Of a DNA stretch of 64,000 nt, positions 28,209-37,377 are shown piece after piece. Source of the stretch: Acidobacteriota bacterium (lineage in GTDB: Bacteria > Acidobacteriota > Vicinamibacteria > Fen-336). The first letter of the stretch is position 1. Every line of letters starts with the position of its first letter. A program made the position numbers and the translations under genes. Location of the stretch: contig QHVM01000023.1 in NCBI GenBank assembly GCA_003223555.1, positions 1,912 to 65,911 on the forward strand, in the 5' to 3' direction. The notes below the pieces were generated by a model that did no database searches, was not told the DNA's origin, and saw only the letters and a program-made list of their open reading frames with translations.

Positions 28209-29356
28209 GTTCGCTTCGTGAGCCCGAGCCGGCCAGCCAGCCGCGCCCGCACCATCGCGAGGAGACGCCGGGACGACAGCTCCGGGTAGAACTGCGGGAG
28301 CTGGCCGTCGGCCGCCCCCACCACCTCCCCAACCGCGCTCAGCAGGATGTCCTGGCCCGGGACTCCCGCGATGACGTTCATCTCCGGCGGGCGCATCGTG
28401 CGGCCGAAGCTCCGGACGTGGCTCCGGCACCGACGCGAGGTCAGGACGTGCGCGGTCCCCAGCCGGCCCGGAGCCTTCGTGCCATAGAGATCGACGCTGT
28501 AGTCGTAGCCCTTCAGGGAGTCGGTCAGCCGATCCAGACGGGAAGGCAGCAGCTCGAACCAGGCGTCGTAGACGGCGGCCGAGTCGGCGAGGGGCTTGAA
28601 GCGGAAGCTGCTCTTGAAGAGCTGGAGGGGGACCTGGAACAGCGTGGTGCCGGACCGGTGATGGACCCCGCGATCGCCGCAGTTGGTGGAGAGCGATTCC
28701 CGCGGATAGACGAAGTAGTTCCCGGTCGCGACCATGTACTTCGTGTAGTACTTCAGCCAGGAGCTGTCGGGCCATCCCACCATGGCATCCGGCAGGTTGT
28801 CCTCGGCCGTGACCGGCCCGTCGTGCCCGCCGTACCAGTCCCGGAATCCCCGCCACTGCTCCCACGTCCAGGCCTGCCCCCACGAGGAGGCCATCTGGAG
28901 GAAGAACACGTCGCTCTCGTCGGGCAGGGGCTCGAAGCGCAGGCGGGCATGCACGTTCAGGTGGTGCGCGTAGAGGGAGATGCCGGCGATCTCGCTCCGC
29001 CCGCGGTAGAACGCCAGGGCCTGGCCGGCGTAGGCATAGAACTCGGGCGAAACGTAGAGGTCGTCTTCCAGCACGACGACCGACCCGTGCTCCCGGCTGA
29101 GGTCCCCGCAGCTCAAGACGTGCCGGCGCAGGCCGAGCCGCTCCGGACGCCGGATGACCTCCTTGTCGCCGAAGGCCCAGACGAACTCCTCCGCGACCCG
29201 GAGGACTTCAGGGTCGTCGCTCTTGTCCACGCTGACGACCAGCTTCACCGCCCCGGGGTATCGGCCCCGGGCCACCGAAGACAGGAGTCGCGCGAGGGAC
29301 CGGGGACGAGCGTGGGCGACGATGACGACGGCGGGCCGGTCCTGCGGAAGCGGCAA
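28205..29356 (-). CDS. putative GT-A fold glycosyltransferase (family 2-like) with extra C-terminal domain
   Basis: PAVVIVAHARPRSLARLLSSV ... SVVVLEDDLYVSPEFY (DXD-like); TTG start; assignment is weaker than for the other GTs. Confidence 0.5.
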   Translation of the reverse strand: MPLPQDRPAVVIVAHARPRSLARLLSSVARGRYPGAVKLVVSVDKSDDPEVLRVAEEFVWAFGDKEVIRRPERLGLRRHVLSCGDLSREHGSVVVLEDDLYVSPEFYAYAGQALAFYRGRSEIAGISLYAHHLNVHARLRFEPLPDESDVFFLQMASSWGQAWTWEQWRGFRDWYGGHDGPVTAEDNLPDAMVGWPDSSWLKYYTKYMVATGNYFVYPRESLSTNCGDRGVHHRSGTTLFQVPLQLFKSSFRFKPLADSAAVYDAWFELLPSRLDRLTDSLKGYDYSVDLYGTKAPGRLGTAHVLTSRRCRSHVRSFGRTMRPPEMNVIAGVPGQDILLSAVGEVVGAADGQLPQFYPELSSRRLLAMVRARLAGRLGLTKRT

Positions 29357-29459
29357 GGCAGCCGAATTATCACCCCGCCGCCGGCCGCCCGCCTCGCCTT
29401 CCCCGCGGCGCGGGCCCGTGATAGGGTTGCCGGATCACTGACAGCGTCCTTCCGAGGCC

Positions 29460-30633
29460 TTGACCGTGCTTCTCTACATCGTGGACTGGCTGCCGCCGGA
29501 TTATGGAGCGGTCGGCCAGTACGCCCTGCAGGAGAGCCGCGATCGCGCGGCTCGGGGCGACGACGTCGTATTGGTCGGGCTGTCGAGCTCGGCCGGCTCG
29601 TCGGACGTGCAGGACGTGGGCCGGGGGCACCTCACGCTCATCCGCATCCGTTGCCGTCCCGTCGACAAGGGCAACCTCCGTCGGCGCGCCTGGTGGACAC
29701 TCAAGACCGACCTCCGGCTGGTCTGGGCCGCCCGCCGCCACCTCCGCACCGCGGAGGAGGTCCTGTTCACGGGCAGCCCGCCCTTCCTGGAGCACCTGTT
29801 GACCCCCTTGAGCCTGCTGCTGGGAACGCGCCTGACGTTCCGCCTGTCCGATTTCCACCCGGAGTGCCTGATGGCGCATCTCGGCCGCATTCCCTGGTGG
29901 CTCCGCCTGTTCCACGCCCTGACCCTGCGCTGGCGCCGGACGGTCACCCGCATCGAGGTGCTGGGCGAGGACCAGCGCCGCCTGCTCGCCGCGCAGGGGG
30001 TCGCCGACGGCCGGATCGTCCTCCGGAGGTCACGCTCTCCGGTCGAAGTCGCCTCCCACACGCCACCGCTCCCGATCCCGACCGAGCTGGCCGGGCGTGC
30101 GGTCGTCCTCTATTCGGGGGCGGTGACGCACGCGCACGAATACGAGACCTTCGTCGAGGGCTACCGGCTCCACCATCATGAGGGCTCGGCGCGGGCGGCC
30201 CTGTGGCTGAACGCCACCGGCGTGCGCGCCGACGCATTCGAGCGAGCGGTGAGGGAGGCAGGCCTTCCCATCCACCGGACCTCCGCGGTGCCGATCGACC
30301 AGCTGGCGAGCCTCCTCATCACCCCCGACGCCCACCTCATCACGCTCCGGGAGGCGCGACGTCCTCTACGTCGGCAGCCGTCAATCGGAGGTGCATCTCC
30401 TGTGCGACCGCCACCTCGATCCCCGAGGCTACTTCCGCGTGGACATCGGGGACGGCCGTGGCGTCGCCCGCGCTCTCGAGGCGGTGGCGGACCGGGCCGC
30501 CGCCGGAGCCCTGGCCGGGCCAAGGGCGAGTGCAGCCCGGAGCGCGCCGAAGGCCGCTTCCCTGGGTCGAGCGGACGAGTTACTCCCGCTTCGGGCGACG
30601 ATCAGCTCTCCGGCGCGACGGGCAGAGGGCTGA
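29460..30633 (+). pseudogene. GT4 (WbuB-like) glycosyltransferase, apparently disrupted by a frameshift near 30345-30360
   Basis: Frame 0 reads ...VVLYSGAVTHAHEYETFVEGYRL...ITPDAHLITLRE and then becomes Arg/Pro junk that invades the convergent wecA gene; the +1 frame continues ...DVLYVGSRQSEVHLL...GYFRVDIGDGRGVARALEAVADRAAAG...* (typical GT4 C-terminus) and stops at 30633; the PSKLYG-like segment appears to be missing. Confidence 0.4.
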
Positions 30634-32164
30634 GGGATTCCACCACCGGCCGCCGGTCCGGAAGCGGCGACCCGTCCAGGAGCCGGATGAAGCTCGGCGC
30701 GAAACCCTCCATGAGGGCGCCCATGAGATGGGACAGTTCGAAGCCGTTCCGGGCCTGCACGGGCCGGCCCATCCGCAGCTCCGCCACGACGGTGCCCGCG
30801 TCCAGGATGGGTATCGTCCAGGACCAGCAGTCGCCGGCGCTCCTCGGCGAGCCGGGCGCCCGCCACTGCGGAAATCCCGGCGGCAAAGCCGGCGCTCCCC
30901 GATAGACCATCAACCGGTCGCGGGCCAACGGCGAGAGGACGATCTCGACCTGGCAGAAGTCGACGCGGGACGCCGTCGTCGTGAGGGTCCTCCACAGGGC
31001 GGCCAGGTCCAGCGCCTGTTCGAACTCCGACTTCAGCCCGGCCAGGTAGATGTTGTTCACCACGGCTCGGGGATCCTGGAACAGCCGCTGCCGCAGCAGC
31101 CGATGCAGCTCGCTGAACTCGGAGTAGCCGAGGCGCTGGATGCCGAACCAGGTGACCACGCTGAAGGCGATGATGACCAGCCCCACGATCTGGCTGCGGC
31201 CGGTCATGGTGAGGAGGGAGAAGGCGCCGAACAGCGCAGCGACCCCGTACAGGATGATCACCACTCGCGAGGGAGTGAAGCCCATGCGGACCATCCGGTG
31301 ATGGATGTGGTCGCGGTCGGCGTGGAAGATGCTCTGGCCGCGGAGCAGCCGGCGCATCATGGCGATCGAGGCGTCGACGATGGGGAGCGCTAGGGCGATG
31401 AGGGGGGCAGCCACCGCGATGGCGGCCGAGCTCTTCATGGAGCCGCGGATGGCGAAGGCGGCCAGCGCGAAGCCCACGAAGAGCGAGCCACAGTCGCCCA
31501 GGAAGATCGAGGCGGGATTGAAGTTGTAGCGGACGAAGCCGAGGAGCCCGCCGGCCAGGGCGGCGCACAGGAGGACCACCTCCCAGCGTTCGTTGATGAT
31601 GGCGGCGACGAACAGCGTGGTGGTCGCGAAGAAGCCGATCCCCGCGGCCAGGCCGTCGAGCCCGTCGATGAGGTTGAACGCGTTGCTCATGCCCACGAAC
31701 CACAGCAACGTGAGGGGCAGGGAAAGGGAGCCGAGGGCCACCGGGTCCCCGAACGGGTTCGTGACCGAGCTGATCCGGTACCCACTGAAGAACAGGTACA
31801 GTCCCGCCGCCGCCTGAACCACCAGCTTCGAGGCTGGCTTCACGCCCCGGATGTCGTCGGCGAGACCGATGAGCATCACCCCCGCGCAGGCCACGATCAA
31901 CGGGAAACCGTCGACCGAGGACTCGCCGGTGCCAGCATAGCGGTCGAGCAGGAGCAGGGCGAGGAAGGAGACGACGAACGAGAGGTAGATGGCGACGCCC
32001 CCCAGCTGCGGGACGGGCATGCGGTGCATCTTCCGCAGCCCGTCGGGCTGGTCGACCCAACCCCGGCGGAAGGCCAGGTTCCGGAGCAAGGGAGTCAGGA
32101 CGAGAGACGAGAGGCCGCTCAGGATCAGGACCAGGAACGTCAGCTTGACGATCACCACGGGCAT
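30602..32164 (-). CDS. wecA: polyprenyl-phosphate HexNAc-1-phosphate transferase (WecA/MraY GT4 family) with ~190-aa C-terminal cytoplasmic extension
   Basis: MPVVIVKLTFL...NAFNLIDGLDGLAAG...FLGDCGSLFVGF... then a non-repetitive soluble tail; the first 155 aa of the ORF are junk. Confidence 0.8.
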   Translation of the reverse strand: MPVVIVKLTFLVLILSGLSSLVLTPLLRNLAFRRGWVDQPDGLRKMHRMPVPQLGGVAIYLSFVVSFLALLLLDRYAGTGESSVDGFPLIVACAGVMLIGLADDIRGVKPASKLVVQAAAGLYLFFSGYRISSVTNPFGDPVALGSLSLPLTLLWFVGMSNAFNLIDGLDGLAAGIGFFATTTLFVAAIINERWEVVLLCAALAGGLLGFVRYNFNPASIFLGDCGSLFVGFALAAFAIRGSMKSSAAIAVAAPLIALALPIVDASIAMMRRLLRGQSIFHADRDHIHHRMVRMGFTPSRVVIILYGVAALFGAFSLLTMTGRSQIVGLVIIAFSVVTWFGIQRLGYSEFSELHRLLRQRLFQDPRAVVNNIYLAGLKSEFEQALDLAALWRTLTTTASRVDFCQVEIVLSPLARDRLMVYRGAPALPPGFPQWRAPGSPRSAGDCWSWTIPILDAGTVVAELRMGRPVQARNGFELSHLMGALMEGFAPSFIRLLDGSPLPDRRPVVESLSPLPVAPES

Positions 32165-32190
32165 GGCGCTCTGGACGCGGAGCCTTCCCG

Positions 32191-34368
32191 CTACCGCGTG
32201 GCCTGCTTGGTCATGGGGGCGGGCTCGTCCTGCCGCTTCGGGTGCTGATCGTCGTAGTAATGCCCATAGTAGTGGCTGTAATAGTGGCTGTAGTAGTAGG
32301 CGTTCTGCTCCATCGGCACGCGGTTCAGCACCACGCCGAGGATGCGCGCCCCGGTGTCCTTCACCCGCTCCAGCGTGTGGAGGACCGCCTTGCGGGGGAC
32401 GCGCTCGGCCTGGGCGACGATCAGCACGCCATCGCACGCCGAGGACAGGATGAGAGCGTCGGCCACCGCGCCGACTGGCGGGGTGTCGATGAGGACCCAG
32501 GAGTAGGCGGCCCGCAGGCCGTGGAGAAAGCCGCGGAGGAGCTGCGGGCTCATCAGCTCCGCGGGGCTGGGGGCATGGCTGCCGGAAGGGAGCAGGCTCA
32601 GGTTGGTGCCCTTGACGCGCTCCACGCACTCGGCGGTATCGGCCAGGCCCACCAGGATGTCCGACAGACCGGGGGACTTCTTGAGGCCGAGCAGCTCGTG
32701 GGCCTGGGGCTTGCGCAGGTCAGCGTCGAGGAGCAGCACCTGTCCGTCCATGGTGGCGAGCGTCAAGGCCAGGTTCACCGAGGTCAAGGTCTTGCCCTCG
32801 CCGGGGGCGGTCGAGGTCAGCACCAGCACGCGTGAGTCCTGGCCTGGCCACGAGTAGCTCAAGGCCATCCGCAAGACGCGGTAGCCCTCCATGAACGGGC
32901 CCTGCTGGTGCGAATTCGACAGCACCGGGCTTCCCGAGTCCTGGCCGTGCTCGGGGATAACGCCCAGGAGCGGCACCCCCAGGTGGAGCCGGACCTCCTC
33001 GGGAGTCTTGATGCTGTTGTCGAGGTACTCGAGGAAGAAGGCGGCCATCACGCCCAGCGCCAGCCCCAGGAAGAGGCCCATCGCGATGTCGCTGGGCCGG
33101 TTCGGGCGCACCGGGCTGCCGGGGACGGCGGCCGCGTCGACGATCCGGATGTTGGAGGCCTTCAGCTCCTGGGCGACGTCGGTCTGCTTGTGCCGCGCCA
33201 TCAGGCTGTTGAGCACCTCCTTGCTCGCGTCCAGCTCGCGCTTCAGGCTGTCGTACTGCACGCCGCGCCGGGACAGCTCGAGGGCCTCGCGCTTGGCCAT
33301 CTCGAGGGCGTCGGCCACCCCGTGCTCCTGGGCCACCGCCGCGCGGTAGTCGTTCTCGGCGGCCCGGATGACGCGCTGGGCCTCGCTGGCGATCTTCTCC
33401 CGTGTCTCCGTGATCTGGTTGCGGTTCTTGACGACCTCGGGGTGCTGGTCGAGGTAGCGCTCCTGGAGCTGGACGCTCTGGCGCTGGAGGCTGGCCAGCT
33501 CGACCCGCAGGGACCCGATGAGCGGGTTGCGCATCACCTCGGGCAGCTCCTCGGAGTTGGGCGCCTCCTTCATCTGCCGGTAGAGGGCCTCCTTCTCGAT
33601 CCGCTGCGTCTTGAGCGCGGTGAGGCTGGTGCCCAGCTCCCGCAGCCTCTGCTCGACCAGGGTCCGCCGCTCCTCGATGTTGACGATGCCGTCCTTCTCC
33701 TTCAGCTTCTGGAGGGCCAGCTCCGCCTGCTCGACCTTGTGGCGCTGTTCCTCGATCTGGCTGCCCAGCCACAGTCCCGCGTCGGCCGAGGTCTGGTAGC
33801 GGAACTCCATCGTCTGCTGGATGTAGAGCTGGGAGAGCTTGTTGGCGGCCTGGGCGGCCAGCTCCGGGCGGTAGGCCTCGAATCCCACCAGGACCAGCCG
33901 GCTGTTCCGGACCGGCTGCACCTTCACCCGGGACAGGAACTGATCGATGGCGGCCTCCATCACCCGGGAAGAGCCGGGCGCGCTGGCCTTCAGCGCCGCT
34001 CTCTGCTCGGCCGGCTGCGGCCCTCCGAACTCCGGGTCCTGGAAGAGGTCCATCTCCTCGATGACCTTGCGCACGAGCGCCCGGCTCTGCAGCAGCTTGT
34101 ACTGGGTCTGGTAGTAGTCGTCGCGCTCGGAGTCGACCCGGGCCACTTCCTTGAAGGTGAGGACGTTGGGGTTCTCGCGCTCGATGAGGATCTGCACGTC
34201 GGCTTCGTAGACGGGCCGGGTGAGCAGGGTGCGGACGGTCGCCGCGGCGGCCACGGTGAGGAAAACCGCCAGGACCAGCCGTCGCCGGCGCAGGACGACG
34301 TGCAGGTACTCCCAGAGATGGGTCTCTTCCGGGACGCCGGCCTGGCCTGCGGGAGCGGTTGTGGACAA
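32191..34368 (-). CDS. wzc: polysaccharide co-polymerase / tyrosine autokinase (Wzc / BY-kinase, GumC family)
   Basis: Two TM segments flanking a coiled-coil periplasmic domain; LTSTAPGEGKTLTSVNLA (Walker A); ILVAQAERVP; C-terminal Tyr cluster YYYSHYYSHYYGHYY; TTG start. Confidence 0.85.
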   Translation of the reverse strand: MSTTAPAGQAGVPEETHLWEYLHVVLRRRRLVLAVFLTVAAAATVRTLLTRPVYEADVQILIERENPNVLTFKEVARVDSERDDYYQTQYKLLQSRALVRKVIEEMDLFQDPEFGGPQPAEQRAALKASAPGSSRVMEAAIDQFLSRVKVQPVRNSRLVLVGFEAYRPELAAQAANKLSQLYIQQTMEFRYQTSADAGLWLGSQIEEQRHKVEQAELALQKLKEKDGIVNIEERRTLVEQRLRELGTSLTALKTQRIEKEALYRQMKEAPNSEELPEVMRNPLIGSLRVELASLQRQSVQLQERYLDQHPEVVKNRNQITETREKIASEAQRVIRAAENDYRAAVAQEHGVADALEMAKREALELSRRGVQYDSLKRELDASKEVLNSLMARHKQTDVAQELKASNIRIVDAAAVPGSPVRPNRPSDIAMGLFLGLALGVMAAFFLEYLDNSIKTPEEVRLHLGVPLLGVIPEHGQDSGSPVLSNSHQQGPFMEGYRVLRMALSYSWPGQDSRVLVLTSTAPGEGKTLTSVNLALTLATMDGQVLLLDADLRKPQAHELLGLKKSPGLSDILVGLADTAECVERVKGTNLSLLPSGSHAPSPAELMSPQLLRGFLHGLRAAYSWVLIDTPPVGAVADALILSSACDGVLIVAQAERVPRKAVLHTLERVKDTGARILGVVLNRVPMEQNAYYYSHYYSHYYGHYYDDQHPKRQDEPAPMTKQATR

Positions 34369-34391
34369 GCGAAAAGACCCCAGTCTCAGGT

Positions 34392-34450
34392 GTCGATCGA
34401 GGGAGTGTCGATTATACCCGAGCTCTCTATCCCCCGGAGGCCGTGCTCAT
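34392..34450 (-). promoter_or_regulatory. candidate promoter upstream of wzc: perfect -10 TATAAT overlapped by tandem ATCGACAC direct repeats
   Basis: minus strand reads gGTATAATCGACACtccctcgATCGACACctgag ~45 nt upstream of the wzc TTG start; a perfect TATAAT is conspicuous in a 70% GC context. Confidence 0.45.
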
Positions 34451-35781
34451 GCCTTCACGACGCGGCCGGAGGCGTGCGGCACCCGGCCGCACGCGTTCCG
34501 GGTGTCGACGACGAGCGAGATCGCGGACACCACCGCCGCATAGTCGATCTTCGAATGGTCGGTCACCACCACCGCCGCATCGTAGCGGGAAAGCCCGTCG
34601 TCGAGGGGAACCGACTTCAGCGCGAGCTGGTGATCTCGCATCCGCGGCAGGTGAGGGATGTACGGATCGTGGTAGTCGACCCGGGCCCCCGCCTGCTGCA
34701 GCATCTCGATGATCTCGACCGCGGGGCTCTCTCTCACGTCGGCCACGTCCTTCTTGTAGGCGACCCCCAGGATCAGGACGCGCGCGCCCAGCAGGCACTT
34801 GCCGGCCTCGTTGAGGGCGGCGGTCAGCCGCTGGACGACGTAGCGCGGCATGGCCGTGTTCACCTCGCCGGCCAGCTCGATGAAACGGGTGGACAGGCCG
34901 TACTCCCGGGCCTTCCACGTGAGGTAGAAGGGATCTATGGGAATGCAGTGGCCACCCAGGCCTGGCCCGGGATAGAACGCCGCAAAGCCGAACGGCTTGG
35001 TCTTGGCCGCTTCGATCACTTCCCAGATGTCGATTCCCATGGAGTCGAAGGTGACCTTCAGCTCGTTGACGAGGGCGATGTTCACGGCCCGGTAGGTGTT
35101 CTCGAGGATCTTGACCGCCTCGGCCACCCGGGCCGAAGACACCCGCACGACCTGGTCCAGGCCGCCCCGGTACAGGGCCTCCGCGAGCCGGGCCGAGTGC
35201 GGCCCCACTCCCCCCACCACCTTGGGGATGTTGCGCGCGGAGTAGCGAGGGTTCCCGGGGTCCTCGCGCTCGGGACTGAAGGCGAGGAAGAAGTCCTGCT
35301 CCACGCGCAGGCCGCTCGCCTCCAGCCGCGGGCGCACCACCTCGTCGGTGGTGCCGGGAAACGTGGTTGACTCCAGGACCACCAGCTGGCCCGGCCGTAT
35401 CGCGGCGGCGATGGCCTCGGCGGTCTTCTCGATGTAGGAAAGGTCGGGCTCCCTCTGGCGGGTGAGAGGAGTGGGCACGCAGATCAAGATCGCGTCGGCC
35501 TCGGCCAGCCGGGAGAAGTCGGCGGTCGCCTCAAAGCGGCCGCCGTCGAGCGCGGCCCGGATGCGCGCGGGATCGATGTGGAGGATGTAGGAGCCGCCCC
35601 CCTGCAGGGTGGCCACCTTCTCGCGGTCGACGTCGAAGCCCACCACCGGGAAGCCGGAACGGCTGAACTCCAGGAGCAGGGGCAGGCCGACATAGCCCAG
35701 TCCGATCACGCCTACCCTGGCCGTCTTGCCCTCGATGGCCCTCGCCAAGCCGTCGACGGCCGCGACCGCAAGCTCGGACAT
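34447..35781 (-). CDS. nucleotide-sugar 6-dehydrogenase (UDP-glucose / UDP-GlcNAc 6-dehydrogenase family; WbpA/TviB/Ugd-like)
   Basis: VGVIGLGYVGLPL...ICVPTP...GGHCIPIDP (catalytic Cys)...; start at MSELAV (an alternative ATG lies at 35802). Confidence 0.85.
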   Translation of the reverse strand: MSELAVAAVDGLARAIEGKTARVGVIGLGYVGLPLLLEFSRSGFPVVGFDVDREKVATLQGGGSYILHIDPARIRAALDGGRFEATADFSRLAEADAILICVPTPLTRQREPDLSYIEKTAEAIAAAIRPGQLVVLESTTFPGTTDEVVRPRLEASGLRVEQDFFLAFSPEREDPGNPRYSARNIPKVVGGVGPHSARLAEALYRGGLDQVVRVSSARVAEAVKILENTYRAVNIALVNELKVTFDSMGIDIWEVIEAAKTKPFGFAAFYPGPGLGGHCIPIDPFYLTWKAREYGLSTRFIELAGEVNTAMPRYVVQRLTAALNEAGKCLLGARVLILGVAYKKDVADVRESPAVEIIEMLQQAGARVDYHDPYIPHLPRMRDHQLALKSVPLDDGLSRYDAAVVVTDHSKIDYAAVVSAISLVVDTRNACGRVPHASGRVVKA

Positions 35782-35881
35782 AGACGCCGTATTGTGGCAC
35801 ATGCCGGCGGAGCACGGTCCGCCGGTTGGGTTTTGCCGGGTCCCGGATTAACCTTGGCGCGGAGGCCCTCCGGCGGGCACT

Positions 35882-36658
35882 ATGACGCTGGCCGTCTTCT
35901 ATTCCTTCGCCCGCTCGGGCGGCACGCTGGTGAACCGGTGCCTGGGCGCCATCCCCGGCAACCTCGTCCTCTCCGAGGTCAACCCCCACGGGGCGTTGGT
36001 GCCGGTCGAGGTGCAGGCCCGGGACTGGCTGGGCCTGGTCGGGCCCGGGGAGTTCGAGATCCTGGCCGGGAAGGGCTACGGGGCGAAGATCCGATGGCTC
36101 AGCGAGGCGGCCGCGAATCAGGGCCGCCACCTGGTGGTGCGCGACTGGCCGGCCCTGAACTTCCTGTCCGGGCTGTTCTCCGAATACTTCCAGCCCAGCC
36201 TGCTCCTGGAGCAGCAGCTGTACCTCACGCGCCACGGCCTGGCCCCTCCCTCGGCCGTGGTAGCGCGGCGCGGCGCCGCCGTCTACGAATCGGTGGTCCG
36301 CACGTTCGACCACCTGCGGGACCTGACGGCGGAGGCGTTCGGCGCCGCCTACCTCGCCTATGCGCGGGTCATGGACGGACGCCCGGTGATCCGCTTCGAG
36401 GAGTTCTGCCGCGAGCCGCAGCGGGAGCTGGCCAGGCTCTGCGGGTGGCTGGGCATCGCCTATTCCGATGGCTTCCTCGAGGGGTTCCCCGCCTTCGACC
36501 GGTGCACGGGGGACAACCGCGTCTCCGTGTCCTCCCGGGCCGGCAGCTCCGAGCGCATCGAGGTGCTCCCGGAGAATCGCGGCTCTCCGGCCTGGGTCGC
36601 GGCGGCCCGCGACCCGGCGTGCCGTGAGGCGGATCAGGTGTTCGGCTATGCCGACTGA
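35882..36658 (+). CDS. putative Stf0-type sulfotransferase
   Basis: N-terminal FYSFARSGGTLVNRCLG resembles the PAPS 5'-phosphosulfate-binding loop (xxRSGST) of Stf0-family sulfotransferases; RDWPALNFLS is a possible 3'-PB motif; coding-like composition. Confidence 0.5.
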   Translation: MTLAVFYSFARSGGTLVNRCLGAIPGNLVLSEVNPHGALVPVEVQARDWLGLVGPGEFEILAGKGYGAKIRWLSEAAANQGRHLVVRDWPALNFLSGLFSEYFQPSLLLEQQLYLTRHGLAPPSAVVARRGAAVYESVVRTFDHLRDLTAEAFGAAYLAYARVMDGRPVIRFEEFCREPQRELARLCGWLGIAYSDGFLEGFPAFDRCTGDNRVSVSSRAGSSERIEVLPENRGSPAWVAAARDPACREADQVFGYAD

Positions 36659-36998
36659 CCGGCCGGGGCAGGGGCAAGAGACGGGGTCGGCCTCCGACGA
36701 GGCCCTGTGGAGGGTGATCGAATCCCGTGATCGGGCCTTTGCCAAGGCCCACCGCACCGTCGTCGACAAGGAGGAGGAGATCCATCGGCTGAAGGCAGCC
36801 GCCACCGAGAAAGACCGTGAGATCACGCGACTGAAGCGGGAGGCCGACTGCAAGGACGATGAGATCCAGATGCTGACGCGGGCCGCCGCCGAGCGACTGG
36901 GCATCATCCAGCAACTGCAGGCTTCCCGCGAGTACAAGGCCGGCCTGACCCTCCTCCACCCGTGGCAGGCGCTGCGGAGGAAGCTCCATGCCGGGTGA
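36648..36998 (+). CDS. small coiled-coil protein, tandem paralog A
   Basis: MPTDRPG...ALWRVIESRDRAFAKAH...KDREITRLKREADCKDDEIQMLTRAAAE...EYKAGLTLLHPWQALRRKL; shares ~50% identity and its 11-nt overlap junction with paralog B. Confidence 0.5.
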   Translation: MPTDRPGQGQETGSASDEALWRVIESRDRAFAKAHRTVVDKEEEIHRLKAAATEKDREITRLKREADCKDDEIQMLTRAAAERLGIIQQLQASREYKAGLTLLHPWQALRRKLHAG

Positions 36999-37377
36999 CG
37001 CTGGCGCCGCCGGCCGTCCGAAGGGAGGACCACTCATGGCGACGGCTCCCGACGAGACCCTCTGGAGCCTCATTGAGTCGCGCGATCGCGCGTTCGCGAA
37101 GGCCCACGAGGCCTTTCAATCGTTGACGTGGCAGGCGGGCCAGAAGGACGAGGAGATCGCCCGGCTCAAGCAGGAGGCCGACCGCAAGGACGAGGAGATC
37201 CATATGCTGACCCGGTCGGCCGACGAGTGGCAGGTCCTCGTCCGGGAACTGGAGGCTTCCTGGGAATACAAGCTGGGCCTGATGCTCCTGCACCCGTGGG
37301 CCGTGGTGAGGCAGAAGGTCTCCGCGGACCCTCAGCGCACCCGCCACTTCCGCCCCACCCAGAACAGCCGCAGGTAG
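36988..37377 (+). CDS. small coiled-coil protein, tandem paralog B
   Basis: MPGDAG...TLWSLIESRDRAFAKAH...KDEEIARLKQEADRKDEEIHMLTRSADE...EYKLGLMLLHPWAVVRQKV; conserved relative to A. Confidence 0.5.
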   Translation: MPGDAGAAGRPKGGPLMATAPDETLWSLIESRDRAFAKAHEAFQSLTWQAGQKDEEIARLKQEADRKDEEIHMLTRSADEWQVLVRELEASWEYKLGLMLLHPWAVVRQKVSADPQRTRHFRPTQNSRR

